A stretch of DNA of 64,000 nt, from contig NMRA01000046.1 in NCBI GenBank assembly GCA_002633005.1, positions 386,266-450,265 on the forward strand. Direction: 5' to 3'. The DNA comes from Phoronis australis. Lineage: Eukaryota > Animalia > Phoronida. Made by a program: the position numbers and the translations under genes. Positions 1 through 13,000 of the stretch are shown here, piece after piece. The notes beneath the pieces were generated by a model. It made no database searches and was not told the DNA's origin. It saw nothing but the letters and a program-made list of their open reading frames with translations. Numbering within the stretch: the first letter of the stretch is position 1; every line of letters begins with the position of its first letter.

Positions 1-3000
1 ACTCTGCCCTGCCCCCCAACGCAAAATCCTGAATCCACCCCTGGGACAATTCTGACGGGGATGAAGCCATCAAGAGTTGAGTAACAGTGAACCAACACGG
101 AGAGTAAGAATGGGCCTAGGACCAGTACAATGACCGGTAACGAGGAGCTGCCTCAAACAACTATAGCTGAGATCTAACAGTGTGAAAATACAAAATTCCC
201 GGTGAACTAAAGCTAGTTGCTGGTCAGCTCAGCTGTGATTCACTTGAAACAGGCAGCTCTTACCGGCCGTCTGCGCTCGCTCTGAGGTCAAGATTTGTTT
301 CATTGTGATCCAGTTTCGGGAAAACTTTATTTTATCATGATCAATCTTTGAAGGAGTTTTTCTGAAAAGGTGAGGTCCCGAAGTCCCTGGTATAGTGTCT
401 TTGGGGCTGTTTTAAAATGCCTAGTTGAAACACTACCGGTATTAGACCAGTTTCTGGTGGCCGGGGGGAAAAGGATAGTGTGTCCCAAAAATGTACACAC
501 TTCCTAAACGCCTGGAGTTAAAATTCAGTTTCCGTAGGTCACTGAGATTCTGCGAGCCGGACCTACTGCAAGGTTACATCTTATTTTTAACGTGGGTACG
601 TCAGTCATGACGTGCACGCAAATCAGGTCAAGCAATCAATTCAGTTTTGAAAAACAAAGGTCCATTGCTCAATACTACTGGAAACTAAAAACACCAAGGA
701 AGTGCAAAGACAACCTTTCCAAGCAATTAGTTTTAATTTTATTTATTTGTGTATTTTTAAAACGTTTTTTCTATTTACCGTTTTGTGAATCCCAATTTAA
801 TCAATGTCTTTTAGAGTTATTTTAGATATGCAAAAGTCATCTGTAAGTGTATTTGACTTTTTGGGGATCGGATTATAGAGTTTTTCCAACTTTATATTGC
901 AATTACATTCACTGAAACATCATCAATTCTTACAAGATTAGCTTCTAATTGTCAAAAATCATCTATGAATCTATCAATTTTTGTAGATACATAAACAAGT
1001 AAATCAGAAACCAACGAATTTGTTTATCAAAACGGAATGTTATAAGCAATTTCTGCATGCATGCTTGCAGACATTTGACGGATAACCGGGGGAATATGGG
1101 AGATGGGGCATTCGTATTAAGGTGTATTTTTGCTCATTTCAGAGGTACCTATAACGGTTCACGAGGTAAATTTGAACTCCACTGACAAAAAAAAAACGCT
1201 GAAATCTTTGTTTATGATTGCGAGAGTTCTTTGAGTACCCCTTTCGACATTTACAAGGTCATCACGAGTAGTAGCCTAGACAGCAGTGTTTTCCACATGT
1301 GGGAATTCCTTGCAAATAACTCATAGTAACCATCTTCAAAAGAGATACTATTCTTGTGATACTACGGGAAACAGTAACGTTATTTTATAACTAACCATCG
1401 GAAATATTCCTTTTGTGTAATTCACAAATAGTGGTCTGTCTTCACGTTTTTCAAAATTCCACCCTTTCGATGGTGGCAATCCTACTGTATTTTTTCACAT
1501 TTTTGGTTGTTTGGGTCGAATGGCTGTGCTGTGCACAAAGGTTTTGTGTTTTTTGATGAATTTGAAATCTCAACTTCCATCGTGAATACTTGGAAATGTC
1601 GGATTTACATGTATAGAGAGACAAAGGAATATTTCCCCCAAACTGCTCCACCGAGAGAGGGCACCGTTTGAAATGGGACATCTTAAGATGAAAGACTAAA
1701 CATCATTAAGCTTGCATGGAAAAAAGGGTGACAGTGCATTCCACTGTCGTGTGGTACCAAAACGATGTAGGGAGTGACCTCCTTCAACATGAAAGCCTGT
1801 TGCACGATTTCACAACAACAGGAAAATAGAGGTAATAGATTACAACTTTGGGCCCTCTCTCCGTGAGCGGCCCCTTAAGAATTTGTCAATAAAAGCACTG
1901 AAAGGGTGGCTATGGGAATGTCATCAATGGCCTCCTTCAAAGACGCGGCCCCTAACTATGAAAATATCTATATTTTCAAATATCAGGAAATGCGCAGCAA
2001 TTGATGTAATCTGTCAGGTCATCAATTTTTCTCAAGTAATATACAGTTTCGAAAGAAAAACAAAGCGAAAGTAGGCTCCTTTGTCCCGTGTCAGAGAAGG
2101 ACAATTGGAAAAATATAGTTTTGCATTCGCAAAATAGACTTATTGAATTCAAAAATCCAGTAAATTAGTACGCTCTTCAAAAGCTTCGCTTTACAAATTT
2201 TCTCGATTTTTCGAAATATATGTATAATTGATTTCGTGCACTTTTTCAAGTGCGTTTAGACGACCTGTGCAGGAAAAACGAAAACTCTAACGACAATGTC
2301 CTGGCCAGGGTCCTCAAAAGGTAAACCATGCACTGATGCAGAGTTGTTAAATGTTCTCTTAAATTTTCTCTCTCTTATCCGTATTTCACAGTCTTTCTTT
2401 TCTCGACTGTCCCCAGCCCCACGCCTATGTCGGTTGCCACGGTTGAACCCTGATGCCTGAAAAAATTTTGGGGGTCCGTGCCCCCTCCCCCCGCTTCCTA
2501 CGGCCCTGCGATTACAGCCGGGAACGTACTATCATTGAGTCCTAGGTTCTCTGCGTCCAGGTTCTGTGTGTCCGGGGCTCTATATGTCCGGGGTTCTATG
2601 TTTCTCGTTTTATGGATTTCTTGTTCTATATGTCCCGGATTCTGCGTTTCCCGGGTTCTACGTGTCCCGGTCTTTCGTGTTATCCAGGCGCTAAGCGTAC
2701 GAGTGTGCAAGTTTTAGCTACAATCGACATTTTAAGCCCACGTGACAATTTTGAGGTGCTTTTTCGATTATGATATAGGGCAAAAAAATCGACGAGTAAT
2801 AAAGTAACGTGTTATTTTTATCCATTCTCCTCATCTCAATGATCCTGGTCGTTGTCAGATCAAGCAATGCCCCTTGATTTTCGAATGCAAGCTGAGATTT
2901 CGGCTAAGGTAGGTCGCAAGGCGGCGATCTCATATGTTGATTTTCTTGGCCGGTCGAACGCTGACATGTAAAGTGAGCTTTAAACTAACCGTCTATATAT

Positions 3001-3029
3001 ATCTTTGTATTAGTAGTGCTACATTTTGC

Positions 3030-3195
3030 GCATGCCTGTATGATATCTCCTAAACGCTCTACAGGATCTTTATTGAATTTTCATTGCTGCTGTATTTATA
3101 TGGAGTTGACAACAGAGGACGACGACTTTAGGACGAATCGCCTTCTGGTGTGCCCCCTATATTGTGGCAAAACTATAGTTTTTTTCGGTTACCCC
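3030..3195 (+). repeat. Fragment of the HINE internal repeat
   Basis: TATCTCCTAAAC...CAGGATCTTTA...TATTTATATG..GTTGACAAC...GACGACTTT...GGTGTGCCCCCTA matches the unit in copies A-C. Confidence 0.6.
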
Positions 3196-3699
3196 TGCCG
3201 TCGATCCCCGTCGGTGCTGCCTTCGACAGCTTGGCCGAGACCCGTCCACCTCCCGTCGGCGCTGCCTTCGGCAGCTTGGCCGAGGCCCGCCTGCGGCGTC
3301 GTCCCTCGGCTTCTACCGCTACCGCTACTTCACGTGTTGCTAGTACTATTATCACTTTTGCAGCTACGGCTATAGCTATCATTTATAAAGCACCAAATGC
3401 TTTTCAGTTCAGCGCAGTAAATAAAACATTGCCAGGCCAAATCATAAACCATGTTTCTTAACAAAACGCACTTGAAAGATTGGACATAGCTTAACGATAC
3501 AGGCTGTAGCAACAGTGAAACTTTCTCTTTTAACAAAAATCAGTCTGTGAAAGCGCACGTAGCGTTAAACTTAAACGGTGATATTCTAATGTTTTAAAAA
3601 ACCAAACAGGCCTAAAATATACAATTTTAATTTCACAACTCGAATGTACAACGTACCACGTGGATTTGAGCAACCTGCTTATTATAATGTTCGTAGGTT

Positions 3700-3712
3700 A
3701 GACCTTTGACCT
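3700..3712 (-). promoter_or_regulatory. Nuclear-receptor DR1-like site ~250 bp upstream of the PKHD1L1-like ATG
   Basis: AGACCTTTGACCT = AGGTCA-A-AGGTCT on -; GATA sites nearby at ~3785-3797. Motif match only. Confidence 0.3.
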
Positions 3713-3957
3713 CATCTAACATCTTTCTCACGTTAATTTGAAATTCCAGTTATAGATTGTTGCAGGTAGAGAATAATCTTTTAAGATAAAACGATAACAG
3801 CGTTGTTATGACCGAGTGCACGTACGCATCAGAACGTTCGGCTCCGGACGTCCATGTCATTTGAAAACGAACTTAACTTGCGTTTAGTTTTGTGGTCAGT
3901 GTTAAAGAGGATAGAGTTTTGGGCCAATACTGAACGGCAACTAATTTGTTCTGGAAC

Positions 3958-4018
3958 ATGGACATAACCATATCCCTCGTTATTCTGTGCATATGGTTTT
4001 TAGCCGGTACAGATGCAG
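3958..4018 (+). CDS. PKHD1L1: PKHD1L1-like exon 1 (signal peptide)
   Basis: MDITISLVILCIWFLAGTDA, hydrophobic; donor CAG|GTATG, phase 1 fits exon 2. Confidence 0.8.
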
Positions 4019-7000
4019 GTATGCGCTTTTGTAATTTGTATTCTTTTAAAGGCCGTTTTGGGTGATAGTTTAATACGCATCAGGATTGTTGAACAAAATT
4101 CCATTAAAAATAACACAAACCCTAAAGTTGTATGCACAAACGTACAAACTTGTCTGAAAAAGAACATTTTCATTAATGTTGACCTTTTGTATTATTGCTT
4201 TATAGTAGAACGTTTTCCATATTAGTGACAGGTTCAACATAACGCTGCAATCGCCTGGTAGGATTTCAAAACAATTACTACTGTCGCAAAATTCCAATGA
4301 ATAATTTGTATCATGTCAATAATGAATGATAAATGTAGAAATATGCATTAAGGAGTAAGGGTTTGTTACATAATCATAACAGTTTTACTGGTGTCGTGTC
4401 ATAATACAAGTAATTGTTGACATTTGATCATAATCTGATGATCTGCTTGTTAATCACTTGTCTCGAGGAGACAAGAATATGTAACAAAATCACCAAAAGC
4501 AAAGAACCAATCACAGTCGAAGAACTGGTCATAACCTATCAGTGACCTGTTTATTTTAACTCAGGTCATCAAAGATTAATGGAGAAGAAATTTGATAACA
4601 GGTTACTTAATTAAAAAACTCTGACCATTGCGTTTACATTCGTCTCTGTTGCTACAGTAACTAATATAAACATTGTGATTGCGACGAAGAAAAACAGAGA
4701 TTTGTAAAAAGCAGTAGCATCAGTGGTACTGGTTGGCACTTGTTTATCTTTTATGATGGACAAAAACTTGTTTAGAAAAACATTGGTTTTCAACAGGGTC
4801 CATTTTACTACCAAGAAATATAAAAATATATACGTGTATAAATACCATGGTACAGTAAATGCACAGGCCAAACCACGTGCCTTTGATATCATATGGTGGT
4901 TTACTAGGCTTTGTGTTTCATGACTTATGACAGTTACGTGTGTAAGACAATAGAAACATATCCAAATTCGGTTAACTTGGAAATATGATATCTCAAAAAT
5001 GGTTGATCGGATTCATATGAATGTTTGACTATGCGTTATGCACTGTTCCCTTACATATTGCTAGGGATTGTTTTATGAACTTCCACTTTTGCATGTTGGG
5101 CTGTTATAGTAAGTTTGTTATGATTTGTATGAAAAAAATCAAAAAAATTACATAAAATGAGAACGAAATGATGTTTTAGAAAACTGCAACACCGTTTTTG
5201 AGATTTAATCTTGAACATTTACATGAAATGAAATTTAGTCATGTTATAGAAACTGCTGTTTTGCTATGAATGTACCTTTCTGTTAAATTTTACTAAAAAG
5301 ACATGGTCAAGTGACCCAAATAATGACAGGTTGGTACCAAGTCTAGAGGCTTTGTAATTTGGAAAATAAATACTTTTACACTACTTATTTCCAGTTTTCC
5401 AGATATTTCTCTAACAGCACAGACTTGTCCATAGTCTTACATAAACTAATACAAAACCACAAAAATCGGTGAGCCTCTCAAAAATCACACAGTAATCAGT
5501 TTCGTGTCAGAGGTGATCTTCTGAGAATGTCGATGCACCTGTCAATCGGCTATTTTGTAGAATTGGAGATTATTTTGCTGCCACAATACACACGGTCACC
5601 CTTTTACCTTATTTGTGCAAAAAGGTGAGAATACAAGGATGATGTAAGATCTTAATGTAGTATAAATAATAATTCCAATACGAAGAATATACAAAAATGC
5701 ATTTCTTTTCTTATAGCGCCTGGTGTTTCCAAAGTGATTCCACGACAAGGAAGTGTTGAAGGAGCTACTATGTTGACAATATCTGGTCAAGGTAATGAGG
5801 CAGATGACTTTTTCAGCATTTTTTCACACCATCCGAAGCTGTTGAATTTATCTTGAAAATCACAATCGAAAATGTCAATGTAATTAGACAGTTAACAGCC
5901 TCGGGGCTCTTTTAAACCATCGTAATCTGTGAACTTTATCCTGAATAGCATAATCGTAAATGTTTTGCTGTTGTTGTTTTTTAAAACACTTGCGTGGTCC
6001 ATGCTTTGAGTCAAGTGGGCGCACTCCAATTAGAAACATTAAAATGTTCCTATTATTTAAACTTTTAAGTCCGGAAGATCATATAAACAAGTCAAAAACA
6101 TAAAATAATAAACTTATTTCACAGGGTAGTAAAGTGTCTTTACTCATTTTAAAAAGCGGCAATCTTTTATGCGAGTCATTTATTTCACACATCCAGTTGT
6201 TTTTGGAAACAAATAAAACTTAGAACTAGCGATTGTGGATGGCGTTGGCTCGGCTGAATTTACACACTATCAAAATGATTACTTAACTTAAGTTCAACAC
6301 ATGTTTGTTACTTTTAGTTGCATTCATTAATTTCATTTTTATTCCCAGGATTTAGCCTCAACCAATTTAGTTATGGAGATGGGAATGAAAACTTGGGAAA
6401 CAGTGTTTTCTTGCGTCATGGAACTCGTTTAGTGAAGTGCCTTGTGCAAGTGTACTCGACGAATGATCATCAGATTGTTTGCCAGACAGGGTAGGTAGTA
6501 AGTCCAGGTCCGTACCACTCTTCCCCGGTTCATATATTCTCCCAAGACTGTGGCCCCCCAGTACGGATGTTCCCCTTTGCATATGATTATGTTTATCTGT
6601 CTACATGTTTTGTCGCATGCATCCTTAGTTTAAGTTATGATACTTCATTGTACAGTTTGCCAATAAGCAAGTGTTTTGTGCTTAAAATTGTTATTCTTTT
6701 TAACAAAATGGTACTGCTCAATAATAATATGTAGCAACATCGTTTTTCAGTTGCTGTATTTTGTTTTAATAATGGCTATCATAAAGTCGAAAATGAGCTT
6801 TTGAAGGCGAAACAATCTTGGATTTGCCAGTCATCTTTATAAATTGCATTACCTGATTTTTCACAAGCATTAACCAAGTACAATCTTAATCTTCCCACTT
6901 GTAAGACGTAAGCACAGGCAATTTTTCCTGAAAATTAAAGTGTTTTTTCGTCACCGTTTTGGCACACATGCCTAGTCTCGTGTACCTCAGGTTTACCAAA

Positions 7001-10000
7001 ATATCAGCCTTAAATTAACTAGTAGGGGGTGGGGGGGACATTGGGACGGAGTAATATAGGTATCGCGGAACAGAGGGGCGACCCCGTAGGCCTACGTGAA
7101 CGTTTTTCAAGAAAAATCTTGTACAAAGGCACTTAGACTTCCCTGTCCGTGCATGCAATTTCGAGAAGCTTGTCCTCTTGTAATGTATAGTTGTTTTGCG
7201 TATAGGCGCCTCAGCTTCAACACGGGTATACACGTAAAACTACAAAAACTACCAAGAACGTGGACATTTATTTTACTATCTTATTCATTTAAAAAGCCAA
7301 CTAACATGTTGTTATTTTAATTGGAACTTTGTTATTAAAATTCTTTAATGAATTTTATTTCACTGTTTATGTTTTTAAAAATAAAATACAAATAAAGAGA
7401 AAAACATCGATCAAATAACCTCCTGGGCGGAGATAAGTGTAAACTGTCGTGCCCTAACAATGTGACTAAAAGATTCAAAGGGAGATTAATGTTGCACTTC
7501 TCGTTTGTTTTTGTTTTATGATTTCGTTTCATAGTCGTAAATTGCCGTTTTACCAAAGATTCCTTTTTGCCAACGATCTTTTTTGCTTACTTTGAAAAGA
7601 CAATGAATTTTTATGAAAAGACAATGAATTTTTATGTCTAGGGCGGCACCAGAAGGATGGTACAACCTGGTCATTTTGGTGGATGGTGTACCCATCGAAA
7701 GACTTGGAGGAACCTACTGCAGAAACCTTCACCACTGTAATTTTTATGTAAGCTTGTTTAATCAACTTGCAATTTCTAAATAACACATGAGAAACGTGCT
7801 AGGTACGTCATTTTTTACGATAGCAAGTTCACACAACAGCTGTGTTTGCACAACAGATCGTGTTATCTATATCATCAGGAAGAGATATGTGTCCCAAAAA
7901 GTGAGCCACTTTTTGACAAGTAATGTCTTAGCAATTGACCAACCGAATTCGTTTAACTTTTTCACAATGAATCTTCAGGGTGTCATCAACAAGTCTACAA
8001 AGTATCTCAGAGAAATACAAAAATCATGGAAGTACTGAGAAATTCAAAACAGCGGTGCGAAAAATGCAATATCAATGTGACTTTCATCGGGTTTATGTTG
8101 TGCTGGTCAAAAAAGATTGCCTGACTGGGTCTCAGGACTACTGCTTTTTAATGTCAGATCTGTATCCAAATCAGTTCTGTATAATATTCTAATTTGTAAG
8201 GATGCCTTTGAGTGAAAGTGATAAATTTACAATTGAAATCTTTTTCAAGAAAAATCGTAAGGGACTTTCCAGCAAAAGTGCTGGAGTCGTGCGACTGTAA
8301 ATAGACTTATTGCTAAAATACACAACACAGCGTCTGTTGCGCGTAAAAGCTGCAGTGTGAGACCCAATACTGCATGTTCAAAAGAAAATGATTGTGTTGA
8401 GGAACTGATTCAATAACAAGAGGAATCACAAATCTCTGAGAGAAGTCGCAAGGGATTTACAAGTGAGCAAGTCTTCTGTGCAAAGAATGGCGATAAACTG
8501 GAGTTAAAACCGTTCAAGAATGCGGGTATCATGGAGAGATCAAAATGTTGAGAAGGAAAAGAAAAACTCAATGTCGCTACTTGCATAACCGTTATTCAGC
8601 CTCTGATTTGAGGAAATCATTTTTGGGACTCCCGATATATACTTACAACAACAAAAAAACGCATCAAGTCAAGACATTTTGTCGTCTTATTACGAGTAAG
8701 TCAATGTGCGTGTTTAAAACGCACGTTGTATCTGCTGTCATTTTGTCTTGCAGTACCAGCGACACAGTATGCCAAATATCAAGTCAATTTACCCCAGCAC
8801 TGGTCCACCAGGTAGGGAACGATTACCAGTACAAAACTTGACAGTAGTTAAGAAGCTCAATTCAAAAGACTGAGAACTTGAACTCACACTCCATAATGGA
8901 ACCTTGGTGATTCTAAATTCAAGGGCAGAGGCTAGAATTTGCAAATTTTAATGGCCCACTTGACAATTTAGGTGAATGCAACCTGTATGCGATTTTGCAA
9001 GAGCCATACTTTCTTAACTTTTCCATTTGTACTTGCTTTTCATTCGAAAGTTTTTGACATTTTGCGAATAAACAATATTTTTACCAGCAAAAAGGCTGAG
9101 CATACGAAATATATCGGCATTTTAGTCTCCCTTTCTCCGAGTATTACCCTTTATATGTGTAGGTACTGTAGTAACCATACATGGCGACATCTATAGCGAC
9201 TATTATATGGATACTCAAGATACTGGTAACATGGATAACGAATTACAGCTAAGAAGGTAAGAACAATGTTTAATGGAAAACATATGAACTGACGTGGCCT
9301 ATGAACTTGTTCAAGACAAGATATGGTTTCCAACATTAGCGTTACACAAAAAGTTATAGGCGTGTTTTAAGTATTGTTTGTACGATGTAAACGATCGTAG
9401 AAAAGACTGCAAGCAAACGATGTATCCAACTTCCTGACGAACAGGTTCTTTTTCTTGTTTTGTTTCAGGGTTTATGTTGGTGGGGCCCCGTGTACCGTAA
9501 TTAATGAAAAGACGGAAGAGCTGTAAGTTCACGATCCTTTGCCGTGCATCTATAAATGTGTTGAATTGAATAGCTTGGGCTGTATGCAACATATCAGAAG
9601 TTGTACAAACCGAAAACCAACCACATGCGTGCCGCATCACCAAAAATATATCATTAGTCTAGATGCTAATGTCATGCTTCTACTTCCAGGCAATTAAGTG
9701 AACGGAATTTCGGTTGGATCAAATAAATAGCTTTAATACACATATGCACGGATATACTCTTTGAGTTATTTCATGTCGAGAAGCATTACTTACGTTTGAT
9801 TATCATCTACCAATACTAACCGAAGTAGAAGATATTATATTTAGTAAACGCGCACGTGTACATGACTTAATGGTAAAAACTAATTTTGTATTAGGTATGC
9901 TTTCGTTTCAGATATGGCCTGACTCGGTATTTAGATGGAAATGGCAACAAACGGCCGTCGGGCATTATTACTTGTAAAGTTGAGGCTGATTACATAGGTG

Positions 10001-13000
10001 AATAGTTGCGAGATTCCCAACAACCCATCTTTAAACTGTATTTTTGTAATGGTTAAATATGTAATCAGCATACATATGTAGAAGCGAATTAAACGACAAT
10101 CGAAAGAAAATTAAGCTAAAATATCAAAATACTAAAAGTGTTGTTTTCAATGTATTTGTGAGCCAGAAAATAGCTTCGGTCTATATGTTTGTATGCATTG
10201 GTTTTCCATGGGAATTTCTCGGCTGTAGCGTTTAAGATGTGAGGTGGTATTTATTCTCGTTTTAGATTCGGTCAACGCAAGCTTTATAATATCTGGAAAC
10301 AAGGGAAGGTTAGTAAAATATTTGTAGTCGCTTTCAAAACTTATAATTGAAGCACGGGTAAGCTAGATATATTATCTGTTATGAGACAGTCATCCTGAAG
10401 AATGGTATGCAACCCAGTCTATAACTTTTATTTCTTGTTTCTTCCCGGAATATATAACATCGTTTGCATTACCTATTGTCCAGATAGGGTAACATGATCA
10501 ATCTGTCAATACAAAGCACAGGCATAAATGCAATGATACGGCGTAGCCGCAAGTTAAATCTAGTTGTATCAATATGTGCTTGGTTTATATTTCAGATCGA
10601 TTGCGCTACCACAGTCCTACCAATTAAGTGGCAACAACGACTTGTACATGTTCCAGATACACCCAGGTAAACGAATCAAAGCCAAAGACGAGAATTTCAT
10701 ATGTTATTTTTACACTTCTTGTCACTGAAAGTGCTCCCGAACCTATTAGTTACAGCTCTTTATCACTTAACACAATGCAGGTTGCACTAAAAGTTATACG
10801 GTGAAAGGGCATCACACCACAGCGCATTCATTAGACAAATCTTACGCTAATAGAATGCAAGCTAGTGGACGAAAATTAGCGTGCACTGTCCACCCTCAGA
10901 CTATCCAGCGAATTCCTTGACACTTCAAAGGCTTGATGGCGCCACTACAGCTTGAAGTGATCTAGTTGCTATTCGTGGGCTTGGCCGAATGTGTATTAGT
11001 TGAGATATTTGCGGTCGTAATTAAACAAAATGCCTGTTTAGCGCACTAGTTTCAAGTATAAAAAACGAACAAGAAAAAACGAACAAGAAAAAAAAAACGA
11101 ACAAGAAAAAACGAACAACGAGTAAGACAAACAACCAACTTGAATATTTTATATAGCCGTCTTCGAATTTTTGAAATCGATAAACTATAAGAGAAATTGG
11201 CGAATAGAGGTTTCTTCAACCCCGCGACTGAGGGCATGCACATTAATTTGTGTCGATTAGGACAGGTTAGTCAGTCTGGCTTATATAAGCTCGCTTGGGC
11301 GTTGGGGTAACTAAACCTCAAATGTTAGCTTAAGAGCTGTGTCATATTCCACAAGCAATCACTTTTCTTAAAAAACCGTAGTGGCACTCACAGTATACTT
11401 ATACCGGGAATTACAGACCCATTACAATACTCGCACATGTTAAAAGGTGCAGAAAAGTCGTCCACAAACAACTTTCACGTTTCCTATATGAAATTCTATG
11501 TAAAAAAAACAACATAGGCTCAGAAATGTTCACTCTACGAAACTTGCTTCCTTGCCGTTTGGACCGCAGGCCATACCCCAAAGTCATATTTCTCCGGACC
11601 TTTCAAAGGGTTTCGACACAAGATATCTCTTATGAAAACGAGTCTCAACGTTAATTGGAGCTGAATATATATTTTTCAACATCTAACTCTCAGAACCTAA
11701 AAAGGTACGAAATATTCCAGTTCCCCACTGGTTGACAGCCACCAGGGTTCTTCACAGCTCTCCCCTTGGCCCACTTCCCTTTTGAGTACTTTCTTCTCCC
11801 CTCCATACACTTCTCATATGGGCGACACCTTACGGAGTATCCCCACCACACTCTACAACAATCAAAAACAATATTGACTCTATTTCAACCTGGTTCTCTG
11901 CAAACAAACTCTCAACCAATTCGTCAAAAAGTAGATTGATGAGCTTGCACTACGTTTAAAAGAAAGTTAACTAGAGTAATTAGGTCTTATTTTACCAATG
12001 GCAAATCTACGAGTCACGTGGTATGACTTCCCTATGGATAATATCCCATTTGACAAACAACTCTCATGGTGATCAACTTCTTCGTTTGAAATAATAGGTA
12101 TTATCTCAATACCCAGAGTAGTGTCGGCCCACTTCCTGCTCCTGATCTGCCACGACGGCCGTTTGAGCAATTTCACAAATATTGCACGGATTATTTTCGT
12201 ATTTATTATTTGTCATTTATTTATCTATTCAGTCATTTATCCATTGGTGTAGAGTTTATTCATAGTGAACTTAAGGAAAGGGAATCTTTTTGACAGCAGT
12301 CAATTCTTCTAGTTGAACACTAATTTATTGAAGGTGCATTTCGCCTCTTAGCTGATATTGTTGATTTCACTTGGTCTAAACGGATTGAGGTTTAAAAACA
12401 TAATAACGCTCATACGATTTTAAATTGTTGCGGAATAAATCTGCAACTCAAGTTAGAGTAAAATTTTACGTGCTTCATTTTCTTATTCGCAAATTTTAGG
12501 GCTGGCTAACCCAAAAACTTTGAATCATTCTATTGAGTCATTGATGTTCTTGTTCGTAACGGAAATCACGGTCCCCATATGCTATCACAGTAAGGAATAT
12601 TACGAGATCAATTTTCTGAGCATAAGTGACCTTTTTCGTTTAAACAGTTTAACAATACAGTTTTACGAGTAATATTATACCTTATTGTAACTGAAAGCTA
12701 TTCTTTATCCCCTTTCCCACCTCACCACTACCTCCAAAGTGTGTTCACGCCATCGATGTGAAAACATGCCAATAGTCCGGTTCTTCCTGTTTGGGTCTGT
12801 TTGAGTTGCGGAAACAGAAGGTTAAAATCATACTGACAATATGGGTCTGCAAAATCCGAACTTTGCCTCGAACTTCTGCAGACAGACCCATGTTTATAGA
12901 CACAAATGTCTGAATCCTAACACTTGCTCCAGTTTTATGCGGGTAATGAATACCATATCTGTAACTCAGTTCTTAAGACAATTTTCAGCAAGCTGTCTTG

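Noticed and set aside
1-2720. Upstream gene or defined transposons
   Set aside because: Only fragmentary MITE-like ends (AATCCACCCCTG, CCTACGGCCCTG) and degenerate CCGGGTTCTA repeats; no paired termini or coding signal I could support.
3016-3461. GC-rich ORFs upstream of exon 1
   Set aside because: Built from a HINE fragment and a ~46-bp GC-rich direct repeat; low-complexity translation.
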